A DNA stretch of 64,000 nt from Bacteroidota bacterium (GCA_035500675.1 DATJXA010000183.1:5949-69948), one strand, 5' to 3'. Counted from the first letter of the stretch, positions 48,737-58,349 are shown. The notes: generated from the letters alone by a model not told the origin. Translations and numbers: made by a program.

Positions 48737-51700
48737 TTAACGTAATTCGAATCGGATTGTCTGCGCCCGGTCGCGATAAAATCCAAGTGAACGGAAAGTT
48801 TCCGCGAGAGGACTTTCCGTCGGCCTGACGCCGTTACAATATTCAACAACAATTTCGCTTTCGTTTTTGTGCGAGGCGCGTACATGGGCTGCAAATTGCT
48901 GCAGGGATGATCGCAAAACGTCGGGCGCCGTTTCGTCAACGGTATAGATCCTGGCGCCAAAGCTTTCTATCCACAACACAGGCGATCCATGAAAAAATAC
49001 AAAATAATTGAGCGGATGGCGGGCAAACCGAACCCCCTCGGGAAATTTTGTCAACCCGGCTTCGATGCCGACGCCATATGGATTCGATGGATCGCATGCA
49101 TTGATGACAATAGGCGCTTCATTGTTCATTGTTAATTGTTCATTGTTAATTGACTTCAACACGTCGATCGCCGCCGGAAGAGCAAATTGCATTCCCGAAA
49201 GTCCCTCGACGAAATAGCCCCGCCGTATCTCTCCCCGCAACTCCATTCTTTGGAGCTCGAGAGCGAGAAGAGGCCATGGCAGGAGGTTCTCTTCCCGTTT
49301 TGCAATTTCCCTTGCGACGATGCCGTACCGCAGCAACAACTGTTGCGCCTGTCGCGATGCCCGCTCTTCAGGAGATACCTTCTCTCCGAGAACGCGGCGC
49401 GTATGAAGGATCGACCAGCGGCCGTTCCAGCCAGGACTCGAACGGATCGCCTTCCGCACGGAACTCATTGCGATCGATTTCAACGGGTTTCGTCGAGGGT
49501 TTAGCAATGTAATGCGCTCAGAAGGCAGAGGAGAATCGTCGCCAGTCCTGAATCGTTTGACGTTGAGCGCTTCATCGACGAGGTCGTTCGTGATAAGCCC
49601 GCTCCAGAATAATTCTGAGATCGCTCTGTTAACCGTTGACAGTGAAAAAGTCGTTCCTTCGCGAATGTCGGAAAGGAACGATGCACCGTTTGCCTTGAGA
49701 AAATCGTACAACTCTTGTGACGACGTCGCCCTTTCAGCAATTGCTTTTTCCATTTCATCCATAAAGTAAGCGCCATCTCCCTGAAACACCCATTGCGCTT
49801 TTCCCGACGAAACGCCTGCGCAAACGATTTCGCCTCTTGCGGCCATCGCGCGCAATTGCGCAGGGTCGTACTCGCTGATTCTGTGCAACAAAATTTCGCT
49901 TTCCCACAACTCCGCGTTCAACGCGAACCCTTCGAATTGTTCGAGGACCGACTGAATTCCAGTTTCGCCTTTTTCACGGGTAGCGGGGTCGCGATGCTGC
50001 CATTGCAGGAGAAACTTTGTGAAATGAGCGATGGTCGCCGGCTTTATTTCTTTTCGGAGGATCGAGATCGACGCTCGATGAATACGGTCGAGCGTTGGTC
50101 GGTAACACCACTCTGATCGATCGGAATCCGGAAGAAAAATACCACGAACAATCGCATCCTCCTCGGTAAAGGATCCGAGGATTGCATCGCATTCTTCGAC
50201 AGTCAGTCCATACCGTTCCGCAATACGCGCCGAGCTGATCGGGGTATGAGAACGGATCATCCTCCCGATGACATACCGAAGAGATTCTTCGCGCTTTAAC
50301 GGGCTCGTTCTGAATTCCTCGGGCAATGACGAGAGGGTCGCTGCATCCACGTCAGCAAAAGTAAGATAGATCGGCATCTCTTCCGAAGCGATGAAATACG
50401 TTGAGCCCTTGATCGAAACCGGTGCGATGGTCCCTTGAGCAGCCAGCTGTATTTTCAACTTGAGATCGTTCGTTGCCGACCGCTCCTCAATCTCCATCTC
50501 GGTGAGTTCTCCGATCCGGAGAAAGATCTCGAGCAATTCTTCGGGGGTACGGGCTTTGCGCGTCTCGGAAGTAAACTGGAGTTGCTCTTCAATCCGCAGT
50601 AAAGCATCCGGCTTGACCACCGATCGTACACTATCGAGATCGACAATCTCGGCCAGGAGTTCTCTGTTGAGTGCCCGTTGCTGGCTGGAGATCTCTCCCT
50701 TAGGTTGATCCCCCTCATAAATATAGACAGCGATGAAATCGAAGAGCACCGATGCGGCGAACGGAGACGGCATCTCGGATTGGACAGAGTGAACGACGAT
50801 CTCTCCCGATTCGATCCTGCCCATCACTTCTTTGAAGCGGTCGAAGTCGAGCGAGTCGTACAAACAGTCGCGGATCGTTTCGATGACGATTGGAAAATCG
50901 TCGTACGTTCTTACGATTTGCAGAAGATCGCCCGCGCGCAATCTCTGAAGCCAGAGAGGCGTTCGCTTTCCGATGCGCGCTTTCGGAAGCAAGAGCGCCC
51001 TCTCAGCGTTCTGGCGAAACAGCGAGCCGAAAAGGGGAGAAAACACAAGCTCCTCAAGGACGAGTTCCTGGGCTTTCGTTCTCGTGAGCCCGCTGAACAG
51101 GTCGAGGGGAAGTCGCTCCACGTCCGAACAGCGGAATAAAATGCCGTCGTCATTATAGAGCATTTGAATTTCGATGCCGAGTCGTTCTTTCAATTGATGG
51201 GAAAGCACAAGTCCGAGGAGTCCGTTCACCCTTCGCCCGAAACACGAATGGACGACGATCCGGGGGTCGCCAATTTCATCCCGGAATCCTTCGACGACGA
51301 TCGAGCGATGAGTAGGCAGATCTCTGGTTACCGCCTTTTGTTGCCCGATGTACTCGACGATATTCCGTGCGCTGTGCGCGTCGATGGGGAAATTTTCCAG
51401 CAGCCACTCGATTTTTTCTCCGTCTCTTTCGGCGACCTCTTCCATAAACTTCCCGAGCTTTTCTCCCAACTCGAACGAGCGGCCGATGCCCTCGCCTCTC
51501 CAGAACGGCATGCGTGCCGGTTGACCCGGCGCCGGACCGACGATGACTCTGTTCGCATCGATGGCGAGCATTTTCCAGACATTCGAGCCAAGGATGAAAG
51601 TGTCTCCAGATCGGCTCTCGTAAATGAACTCTTCGTCCACTTCGCCGATCTTCGTTTTGAGGTCCTCCAGGTACACGCCGAAGTATCCTCGGTCGGGGAT

Positions 51701-53362
51701 GGTTCCGGCGTTCGTAATGGCGAGATGCGACGACCCCGGAAGGGGAGAGAGCGAGCCGTGCACTTTGTCCCAGGAAATTCTGGGGCGGAGTTCGCGGAAG
51801 GCCTCGTTGGTATACCGTCCTGCGAGCATTTGAACGACGCCGGTAAAGATCTTTTTGGAAAGCGAACGATAACAATAGGATTGGCGGACGACGTCGAAAA
51901 GATCGTCGACGGTCCATTCCTCGACGCTCACCATCGACACGATCTGTTGCGCGAGAACGTCGAGGCAATCCTGCGGAACGTGGGTTTCTTCGATGGCATG
52001 GTCCATCATCTCCCGCGCAACCACGGTCGATTCGAGAAGGTCCTGCCGATGCGTCACGTACATGCGCCCCTTGCTTGTTGCGCTCACGAGATGACCCGAG
52101 CGCCCCACGCGCTGCAGTCCACGCGCAATGCCGTGCGGCGACTGGATCTGCACTACAAGGTCGATGCTGCCGATATCGATGCCGAGCTCAAGCGCCGACG
52201 TGGCGACCAGCACCTTCAATTTTCCCGCTTTAAGTTCAGACTCCATCTTCTCGCGTGCGGTCCGCGACATGCTGCCGTGGTACGCCTGGACTAAAAAGTC
52301 GGCCGCGCGCGTTGGCGCAGGAATCGCAGCCGGCGAAAACGGAACTGCATAGCCATTAAAAGTATGTTCCTGTCCTTGCAGAAGTTCGTTCAGCGTTGCA
52401 GCAACGCGCTCAGCAAGCCGCCGGTTGTTGACAAAGATCAAAGTGGTATTGTGAGCGTAGATCGCGTCGAGAAGTTGCGGAAAAATAAGGGACCAAATGC
52501 TGTCCGTCGGCAATTCGGAAAAATCCTGGACAACGCATGTCACCTGCAGGTCCATCTTCTTTTTGTAGCCGGCGTCGATGATGGTCACCTCGCGTGGTGT
52601 CAGCGTGCCGTTCCGCCATTCTTGTCCCCCCAGAAACCGAGCGATCGTTTCGAGCGGGCGCTGAGTCGCCGACAAGCCGATCCGCACAAAAGATGAAGCA
52701 GCGACGCGTTCGAGCCGTTCCAACGACAGCGATAAATGGACGCCCCGTTTATTTCCGCTGACGGAATGGATCTCGTCCACAATCACGTACTGCAGCGTGG
52801 AAAATAAATGCCTCGCTCGTTGGGACGAGAGCATCAGGTAAAGCGATTCCGGCGTTGTGATAAGGATGTCGGGAGGGTTCTTTAAAATTGCCGCGCGCTC
52901 GGCCTGTGTCGTGTCTCCTGTGCGAACTGCGCTTCGAAGTTTTGGAAAATGCAATCCCCGCGCAATCGCTTCTTCGTGAATCCCTTTTAACGGAAGTTCG
53001 AGATTCCGATGAATGTCGTTGTTAAGGGCTTTGAGTGGAGAGATGTAGAGGACGCGGATCCCGGTATTTTTTTTATCTGCGCCGTCTCTCAGCGTACGAT
53101 TTTTCTTTTTATCGGGACGAAGGGACGGGTCATTTTCTTCGGCGCCGTGTTCCTCGATCGACTCTTCGACAAGGTGATTGATGCACCATAAAAATGCCGC
53201 AAGCGTTTTTCCCGAGCCGGTCGGCGCAACGATGAGAGTGTTTTTCCCCGCGGCGATGGAGGGCCAACCGAGTTTCTGGGGGGCGCTCGCTTCGCCGAAA
53301 GTTCGGGGAAACCATGTGCGCACGACAGGATGAAACGCTGCGAGCGCATCTTCGTTAATCAT
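48737..53362 (-). CDS. lhr: Large ATP-dependent helicase Lhr (full-length, with C-terminal extension)
   Basis: 1541 aa. N-terminus ..FHPVVRTWFPRTFGEASAPQKLGWPSIAAGKNTLIVAPTGSGKTL, DEIH box (VIVDEIHSV), GLSATQ, AYHGSMS. Length and layout match E. coli-type Lhr. Confidence 0.9.
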   Translation of the reverse strand: MINEDALAAFHPVVRTWFPRTFGEASAPQKLGWPSIAAGKNTLIVAPTGSGKTLAAFLWCINHLVEESIEEHGAEENDPSLRPDKKKNRTLRDGADKKNTGIRVLYISPLKALNNDIHRNLELPLKGIHEEAIARGLHFPKLRSAVRTGDTTQAERAAILKNPPDILITTPESLYLMLSSQRARHLFSTLQYVIVDEIHSVSGNKRGVHLSLSLERLERVAASSFVRIGLSATQRPLETIARFLGGQEWRNGTLTPREVTIIDAGYKKKMDLQVTCVVQDFSELPTDSIWSLIFPQLLDAIYAHNTTLIFVNNRRLAERVAATLNELLQGQEHTFNGYAVPFSPAAIPAPTRAADFLVQAYHGSMSRTAREKMESELKAGKLKVLVATSALELGIDIGSIDLVVQIQSPHGIARGLQRVGRSGHLVSATSKGRMYVTHRQDLLESTVVAREMMDHAIEETHVPQDCLDVLAQQIVSMVSVEEWTVDDLFDVVRQSYCYRSLSKKIFTGVVQMLAGRYTNEAFRELRPRISWDKVHGSLSPLPGSSHLAITNAGTIPDRGYFGVYLEDLKTKIGEVDEEFIYESRSGDTFILGSNVWKMLAIDANRVIVGPAPGQPARMPFWRGEGIGRSFELGEKLGKFMEEVAERDGEKIEWLLENFPIDAHSARNIVEYIGQQKAVTRDLPTHRSIVVEGFRDEIGDPRIVVHSCFGRRVNGLLGLVLSHQLKERLGIEIQMLYNDDGILFRCSDVERLPLDLFSGLTRTKAQELVLEELVFSPLFGSLFRQNAERALLLPKARIGKRTPLWLQRLRAGDLLQIVRTYDDFPIVIETIRDCLYDSLDFDRFKEVMGRIESGEIVVHSVQSEMPSPFAASVLFDFIAVYIYEGDQPKGEISSQQRALNRELLAEIVDLDSVRSVVKPDALLRIEEQLQFTSETRKARTPEELLEIFLRIGELTEMEIEERSATNDLKLKIQLAAQGTIAPVSIKGSTYFIASEEMPIYLTFADVDAATLSSLPEEFRTSPLKREESLRYVIGRMIRSHTPISSARIAERYGLTVEECDAILGSFTEEDAIVRGIFLPDSDRSEWCYRPTLDRIHRASISILRKEIKPATIAHFTKFLLQWQHRDPATREKGETGIQSVLEQFEGFALNAELWESEILLHRISEYDPAQLRAMAARGEIVCAGVSSGKAQWVFQGDGAYFMDEMEKAIAERATSSQELYDFLKANGASFLSDIREGTTFSLSTVNRAISELFWSGLITNDLVDEALNVKRFRTGDDSPLPSERITLLNPRRNPLKSIAMSSVRKAIRSSPGWNGRWSILHTRRVLGEKVSPEERASRQAQQLLLRYGIVAREIAKREENLLPWPLLALELQRMELRGEIRRGYFVEGLSGMQFALPAAIDVLKSINNEQLTMNNEAPIVINACDPSNPYGVGIEAGLTKFPEGVRFARHPLNYFVFFHGSPVLWIESFGARIYTVDETAPDVLRSSLQQFAAHVRASHKNESEIVVEYCNGVRPTESPLAETFRSLGFYRDRAQTIRFELR

Positions 53363-53413
53363 TGTGTAAAAGTAAGTATTGGGTATGGGAAGAACAAGAG
53401 CGGGTGGTGACGC

Positions 53414-53459
53414 TTTCGGAAAACAAAAACCTTCCGAAGGGTTGAAACCTTCGGAAGGT
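53414..53459 (-). terminator. Intrinsic terminator of the REC-HK gene
   Basis: Perfect 13-bp stem aaccttccgaagg (53427-53439) / ccttcggaaggtt (53447-53459). On the minus strand it is followed by TTTTTGTTTT. It starts at the stop codon. Confidence 0.8.
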
Positions 53460-54556
53460 TACGATGATGTCGCCCTCGGCAGGCGCACGGTGACACTTGT
53501 TCCGGTTCCGTAGTCGCTTTGGATGCTGAGCGAGCCGCCATGCATCTCGGTGAGGCGCTTGGCGACGGTGAGACCGAGACCCGAGCCTTGTTGCTCGTAC
53601 ACCTTCCGGTCGAACTGCACGTACGCCTCAATCCCGTCGATTTGCTCGCGCGTCATGCCCCTCCCGTGGTCGATCACCATGAGCAGCAGGGCGTCGTCGG
53701 CAGCCACCGTCCCGAAATAGACCGGCGTTCCTTTTGCGGAATAACGAAAAGCGTTGTCGCCGATCTCTTCGACGATCTTTGCGAAGTACTGAGGGGACAT
53801 CGCGACGGTGAAGGGAGTGACATGGAGATCGAGGTCGTCTGTTCTGCCGTTTTCCTGCGCTTTCTCACGCGCAAGTTCTTCGATGGTGTTTGCGACCTCC
53901 GTGCTGCTGTGTCGCAGCAGATCTTTCTGATGGTCGTCGAGAGGTTGAGCGCCGATCTGCGCAAAAATAAGATAATTTTCGACTAGCCGGAGGAGGCGTT
54001 TTCCGTTACGATAAATTCGTTCGGACATCTTTGCGATTTCCTGCGGCTGTAAATTCTGATAATCTTTGCGCATGATGTCGGCAAAGCCGAGGATGCCGTT
54101 GAGAGGAGTGCGCAGCTCGTGAGGAATGGCCGTACTCATGCGAGCACGAAGCTCTTGCAATTTTTCTTCCGCTTTCGCCGTAAGGAGTTTGTGTTTTTTC
54201 AGCCTTGCGTTTACGGACGAGATAAGCTCAGGCGACGTGAACGGTTTGGGCAGATAGTCATCGGCCCCTAATTCCATTCCTTGTCTCATTCCCTTGAGCC
54301 CGGCATTGCTCGTCATGAGGATGAACGGGATGGACGCCGTCACTGAATCGTTGCGGATTGCCGCGAGCAGTTGATAGCCGTTGACCAATTCCATCCTGAT
54401 GTCGCAGACAATGAGATCGGGAAGCATTGTACGGGCAAGCTCGAGCCCCTCGCTTCCATTCTTTGCGCCAATCGCTTCGAACCCGTTTGTACGGAGAATT
54501 GCGATGGTCGAATCTCGCAAAGAATCTTCATCGTCGATGACTAAAATCTTGGTCAT
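53459..54556 (-). CDS. Response-regulator receiver fused to a histidine kinase (REC-HisKA-HATPase)
   Basis: Start taken at MTKILVIDDEDSL (54556). The track ORF extends to 54592. REC Asp in LIVCDIRM, H-box PHELRTPLN, G-box QGSGLGLTVAKRL. Confidence 0.88.
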   Translation of the reverse strand: MTKILVIDDEDSLRDSTIAILRTNGFEAIGAKNGSEGLELARTMLPDLIVCDIRMELVNGYQLLAAIRNDSVTASIPFILMTSNAGLKGMRQGMELGADDYLPKPFTSPELISSVNARLKKHKLLTAKAEEKLQELRARMSTAIPHELRTPLNGILGFADIMRKDYQNLQPQEIAKMSERIYRNGKRLLRLVENYLIFAQIGAQPLDDHQKDLLRHSSTEVANTIEELAREKAQENGRTDDLDLHVTPFTVAMSPQYFAKIVEEIGDNAFRYSAKGTPVYFGTVAADDALLLMVIDHGRGMTREQIDGIEAYVQFDRKVYEQQGSGLGLTVAKRLTEMHGGSLSIQSDYGTGTSVTVRLPRATSS

Positions 54557-54744
54557 TGCGGATATACGCTGTGTTTCGCGATCATGTTGCAATTATTGAG
54601 AAGCTACGGAGGAAAAATTAGTATCGATGCCGTTTAGAAACGGAAACGAACCCCGATTGCCGGACAAAAAAATTGTTTTGGGAAAAGGCTTTTTAACTTT
54701 GCAGGTGGATAGCCAACAAGGCATTCCCGCTGTAGTCAATTTAG

Positions 54745-54817
54745 TAGCGCCAACGGGAATCGAACCCGTATTTGAGCCTTGAGAGGGCTCCGTCCTGAAC
54801 CGTTAGACGATGGCGCC
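54745..54817 (-). tRNA. tRNA-Glu (anticodon CUC)
   Basis: 73-nt cloverleaf folded by hand. Acceptor GGCGCCA/TGGCGCT (one G-U), D arm GTCT/GGAC, anticodon stem GAGCC/GGCTC with loop CTCTCAA, 4-nt variable loop, T arm ACGGG-TTCGATT-CCCGT. No encoded CCA. Confidence 0.9.
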
Positions 54818-54871
54818 GGTTCGTTTTGCCGACTAAAAGTACGCGAAAAATGCGAGAGAATCAATGCGCGA

Positions 54872-55132
54872 GTGGTGGCGGGGTTGTTGATGGGTTGCAC
54901 GTTGGACGTTATAGGTTATAAGTTTTAGGTTACAGATTCTATGTTTTGAGTTGCGTCCTTAACGGCACTCCTTTTGGGAAAATTGGACCGCTCTTCAAGA
55001 GGGGCCGAAAATCCCGCTCTCTATGCTTTAAGTCATTAAACCTAATAATGAAGAATGGGAAACAGTCATTGAACTCAAAACTTATAACCTATAACGTAAA
55101 ACGTCCAACGTACAACCTACACCACCCACCGC
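54872..55132. repeat. 261-bp long imperfect inverted-repeat element (MITE-like, invertible-segment-like or structured RNA)
   Basis: Arms pair as ggttgcacgttggacg (54893-54908) with 55102-55117 (15/16), ttataggttataagtttt (54909-54926) with 55077-55094 (18/18), and G/T-rich ends 54872-54892 with 55118-55132 (partial). The central segment is ~120-150 nt. Confidence 0.85.
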
Positions 55133-55185
55133 TATTGTGCAATTTCAAAAAATCTTCGTATATTTGTGGGCACAGTGAAACGGAC

Positions 55186-55572
55186 ATGGAACCATCTTCA
55201 AATAAAAAGATCATTCTCGTCGGCGACAAAGTGCTTGTTGCCCCAGAGAAGGACCATGATAAAACATCGCACGGGCTTTATCTTCCTCCGGGTGTGAAGG
55301 AAAAGGAGAAAGTCCAGAGCGGTTATATTGTCAAAGTCGGTCCGGGATATCCGGTCGTCAATCCAAACTATGTCGATCAGGAGCCATGGTCCACGACTCC
55401 CAAAGAGCCGGTAAAATATATTCCGCTTCAGGTCGAAGAAGGGGATTACGCAATTTTTCTGCGCGATGCGGCGATCGAGATCGAGTACGAAGGCGAGCAG
55501 TACCTTATCGTCCAGCAATCGTCCCTTCTGATGCTCATCCGACGGAATTCGTTCCCCGAGATCGGACTATGA
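55186..55572 (+). CDS. GroES/Cpn10-family co-chaperonin paralogue with an internal insertion
   Basis: ATG 55186, 128 aa. KKIILVGDKVLVAPEKDHDKTSHGLYLPPGVKEKEKVQSGYIVKVGPG..LQVEEGDYAIFLRDAAIEIEYEGEQYLIVQQSSLLMLI follows the GroES pattern but is ~30 aa longer. No groEL follows. Confidence 0.7.
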   Translation: MEPSSNKKIILVGDKVLVAPEKDHDKTSHGLYLPPGVKEKEKVQSGYIVKVGPGYPVVNPNYVDQEPWSTTPKEPVKYIPLQVEEGDYAIFLRDAAIEIEYEGEQYLIVQQSSLLMLIRRNSFPEIGL

Positions 55573-55931
55573 GCCCGTCCCCGCGCAGCGGGAACGAGGC
55601 GAGACCGCTTCGCCGAAAACGGAGCGAAGCGAGCGGAGTGCCGGACGACATTCACATTTTCAGCGAAGCCAACATCCATAAACAATTGCAGACCGCACCG
55701 TTTACCCAGGGGTTCTACACTCTCAGATTCTACACCATGGACGGCAAGCCTTCAGACCGCCCCACCTCAACACTTTCCGAATTTTATCTCTATCCCTCCG
55801 GTGGAACGTTGCGCGACAGCAACTTCAACCTGGTGTTTTATGATTCCCAATTCGATACGTACAGGGGGTTTAAACCGCCGCACTTGATCGATAGGGAAAA
55901 ATTAAAAAAGCAGAATGAAAAACACGACTAG
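55569..55931 (+). CDS. Hypothetical protein
   Basis: ATG 55569 overlaps the GroES-like stop (ATGA). 120 aa with an Arg-rich N-terminus. No family recognised. Start and reality are uncertain. Confidence 0.35.
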   Translation: MSPSPRSGNEARPLRRKRSEASGVPDDIHIFSEANIHKQLQTAPFTQGFYTLRFYTMDGKPSDRPTSTLSEFYLYPSGGTLRDSNFNLVFYDSQFDTYRGFKPPHLIDREKLKKQNEKHD

Positions 55932-55955
55932 ACGGAAACACTAAAAAGGTCCGCC

Positions 55956-58349
55956 ATGCAGCCCGAAGAAATCTTAGAAAGCATCAGCGGTGGTTTTTTT
56001 GCGCTCGACGCAAATTTTAGGTTCACGTATTGGAACCATGCCGCGGAGGAGGGGACCGGTTATTCCCGGGACGAGGTGCTGGGAAAGCATGTCTTCGAAA
56101 TATTTCCCAACGCTGAATCGGCCGAACACGGCGACCGCTATCGTGCGGCAATGGCGACGAAAACGTTTCAAACGTTCGAGACGAGCTACAAGGACGAGAA
56201 ATTTGAGGCATGGTATAACATCCGCGTCTATCCGAATGAGAACGGCCTGTCGGTATTTTTCCAGGACATCACGCAGCAGAAGCAGCAGGAGCGACAGCGC
56301 GAGACGCTCCTCGAGATCTCTCACGTCATCAACACGAGCAACCAGCTCGACGACCTCTGCGCGCAGGTCGTTCACACCATCGCAGCACGCTACGACCTTC
56401 CGTTCCATCATGTCCTGATGTACATTTTCCGTCCGCAGGACGAGCGGATCATTCTCGCCGCTCCGGAGCTCCCGTCGATCGAATGGGAGAAGAACCTCAT
56501 GGCAAAGTCGGTCAACGAGCAGGATCCGGTCGCGTGTATCGACGCCGTCATTACGGGTGCGCCCGTCATTACCTCGGACGTGTCGCGCAGCTCGTATTAT
56601 GCCGTCGCTCCGGAGATCCTCGTGACCTCCAGCCCAAAGACCGTTCTTGCGATTCCGCTGAAGGTCGAAGGCGAGCTTGTCGGAGTGATGGAAATGCTTT
56701 TGAATTCGGACCAGGCGTTTGCAGAGCGCGAGCAATCGTTCCTCTCTCTCATTGCAAACGAACTCGCCGTCGGCATCAGTCGAAGAGGGTTGATCGACGA
56801 ACTGCGCGTGAAGAACGTCGACCTCGAGATCCAGCGGACTCAGACCCAAGACGCACACGAAACGCTCAAGAAGTTCCTCGCATTTTTCAGTCACGAGCTG
56901 CGCTCGCCGCTCAATTCGATCATCGGTTTTTCGGAGCTTATCCTTTCGGAGACGCCGAAGATCGACACGGCGACGGTGACCTCCTACACGACCTCGATCA
57001 ATCAGAGCGGGAAGCATCTTCTGCAGCTGATCAACGACATTCTCGACCTGTCGAAGCTGGAGGCCGGGAAGCTCGAACTTCATTATTCCAGCATCCCCAT
57101 CCGCACTTTTATCGAAGCTCTCGCGTCGTCGCTCCGTCCGCAAATGGACGAGAAGAAATTGTCGTTCGACATTCGCATTGCCGACGAGCTGGACGACATT
57201 GTTGCGGACGATGTCCGTCTCAAACAGATCCTGCTCAATCTTGTGACGAACGCGATCAAATTCAGTCATCCGGAGCAGGCGATCGTCATCGACGTGAAGC
57301 GGATTGAAAACGCCGTTGAGTTTGCCGTGCAGGATTTCGGAGTGGGAATTCGTGCGGATGAGCTGCCTCGGTTGTTCCAGCCGTTTCAGCAGACCGCTTC
57401 GAGCAGTAAAAAGCGCGAGGGGACGGGGCTTGGCCTCTCCATCACAAAAAAGCTTGCGGAACTCCATGGCGGCTCCGTCGTCGCAACGAGCGAGTGGGGG
57501 AAAGGAAGTACGTTCACTGTCCGCATGCCGATGATGGTTCAGTCGAAGGAAGCCGACGCAGAAATTGCCGGAAGGATCGCGGGCGTCCTCTCCCCCTCGA
57601 CGACTCCTCAACGCGTTCTCATTGTGGAGGATAAACCGCATGCCCGGCAAATTTTGCAATCGTACCTTTCGGAAGCGGGGTATGAGATCGAGACGGCGGC
57701 AAACGGTGTCGAAGCGCTGGACAAAGCAAAGCTGTGGAAGCCGGACGTCATTACGCTCGACATCCTTCTTCCGGTGAAGGACGGCTGGCAGGTTCTTCGC
57801 GAGCTCAAGCAGCATCCGCTCTGCAAAAATATTCCGGTCATCATCGTCTCGATGCTCGACGAGCGCAACGTCGGGTTCGGTCTCGGTGCCGTCGACTATT
57901 TTGTGAAGCCGGTGCAGAAAGATGCGCTGCTTGAGTCGTTGAAAAAAGCGACCGCGGCAATGAAGCATACGCAATCGGCTAAAATTTTGGTGATCGACGA
58001 CGACCGTTCCGTCATCGACCTCGTGCAGGTCATTTTGGAAGCGGAGGGATGTGTGGTAATGAAAGCTCTGGATGGAAGGGAAGGGCTTCGGGTCGCTCAA
58101 GAAGAGAACCCCGACCTCATCATCCTCGACCTCGTGATGCCGGAGATATCCGGCTTCAACGTCGCGTATCAACTGAAGCACAACCCGAAGACGCAGAACA
58201 TCCCCGTCATGGTCATGACGAGCATGGAAATTGACGACGAAACAAAAGAGCAGCTTCAGGGTTTTGTCGTAAGCCTGATGAAGAAATCGGGCTTCACAAA
58301 GAAGGATTTATTGCAGGAGATATCCGCGATAGAGGGGAAAAGGCAGTAA
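55956..58349 (+). CDS. Hybrid sensor histidine kinase (PAS-GAF-HisKA-HATPase-REC-REC)
   Basis: 797 aa. PAS-like N-terminus, GAF-like middle, H-box SHELRSPLN, G-box GTGLGLSITKKL, two receivers (VITLDILLP, LIILDLVMP). Confidence 0.92.
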   Translation: MQPEEILESISGGFFALDANFRFTYWNHAAEEGTGYSRDEVLGKHVFEIFPNAESAEHGDRYRAAMATKTFQTFETSYKDEKFEAWYNIRVYPNENGLSVFFQDITQQKQQERQRETLLEISHVINTSNQLDDLCAQVVHTIAARYDLPFHHVLMYIFRPQDERIILAAPELPSIEWEKNLMAKSVNEQDPVACIDAVITGAPVITSDVSRSSYYAVAPEILVTSSPKTVLAIPLKVEGELVGVMEMLLNSDQAFAEREQSFLSLIANELAVGISRRGLIDELRVKNVDLEIQRTQTQDAHETLKKFLAFFSHELRSPLNSIIGFSELILSETPKIDTATVTSYTTSINQSGKHLLQLINDILDLSKLEAGKLELHYSSIPIRTFIEALASSLRPQMDEKKLSFDIRIADELDDIVADDVRLKQILLNLVTNAIKFSHPEQAIVIDVKRIENAVEFAVQDFGVGIRADELPRLFQPFQQTASSSKKREGTGLGLSITKKLAELHGGSVVATSEWGKGSTFTVRMPMMVQSKEADAEIAGRIAGVLSPSTTPQRVLIVEDKPHARQILQSYLSEAGYEIETAANGVEALDKAKLWKPDVITLDILLPVKDGWQVLRELKQHPLCKNIPVIIVSMLDERNVGFGLGAVDYFVKPVQKDALLESLKKATAAMKHTQSAKILVIDDDRSVIDLVQVILEAEGCVVMKALDGREGLRVAQEENPDLIILDLVMPEISGFNVAYQLKHNPKTQNIPVMVMTSMEIDDETKEQLQGFVVSLMKKSGFTKKDLLQEISAIEGKRQ

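Noticed and set aside
54953-55071. Possible CIRCE heat-shock operator upstream of the GroES-like gene (ttaacggcactcc)
   Set aside because: There is only a loose left-half resemblance to TTAGCACTC. No GAGTGCTAA right half lies 9 nt away.
54946-55185. Upstream 80 codons of the track ORF that continues into the GroES-like gene
   Set aside because: This part is made of the inverted-repeat element (both arms are translated), so it has no coding signature. GroES homology begins at ATG 55186.
55974-58181. 735-aa ORF on the minus strand, antisense to the hybrid histidine kinase
   Set aside because: It is codon-for-codon antisense to a gene with unmistakable kinase and receiver motifs. Its product is R/D/L/V/E-rich with no recognisable motif, signal or RBS. 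An ORF in this frame stays open wherever the sense gene avoids TTA, CTA and TCA codons, which this genome's C-ending codon bias produces. It is a shadow ORF.
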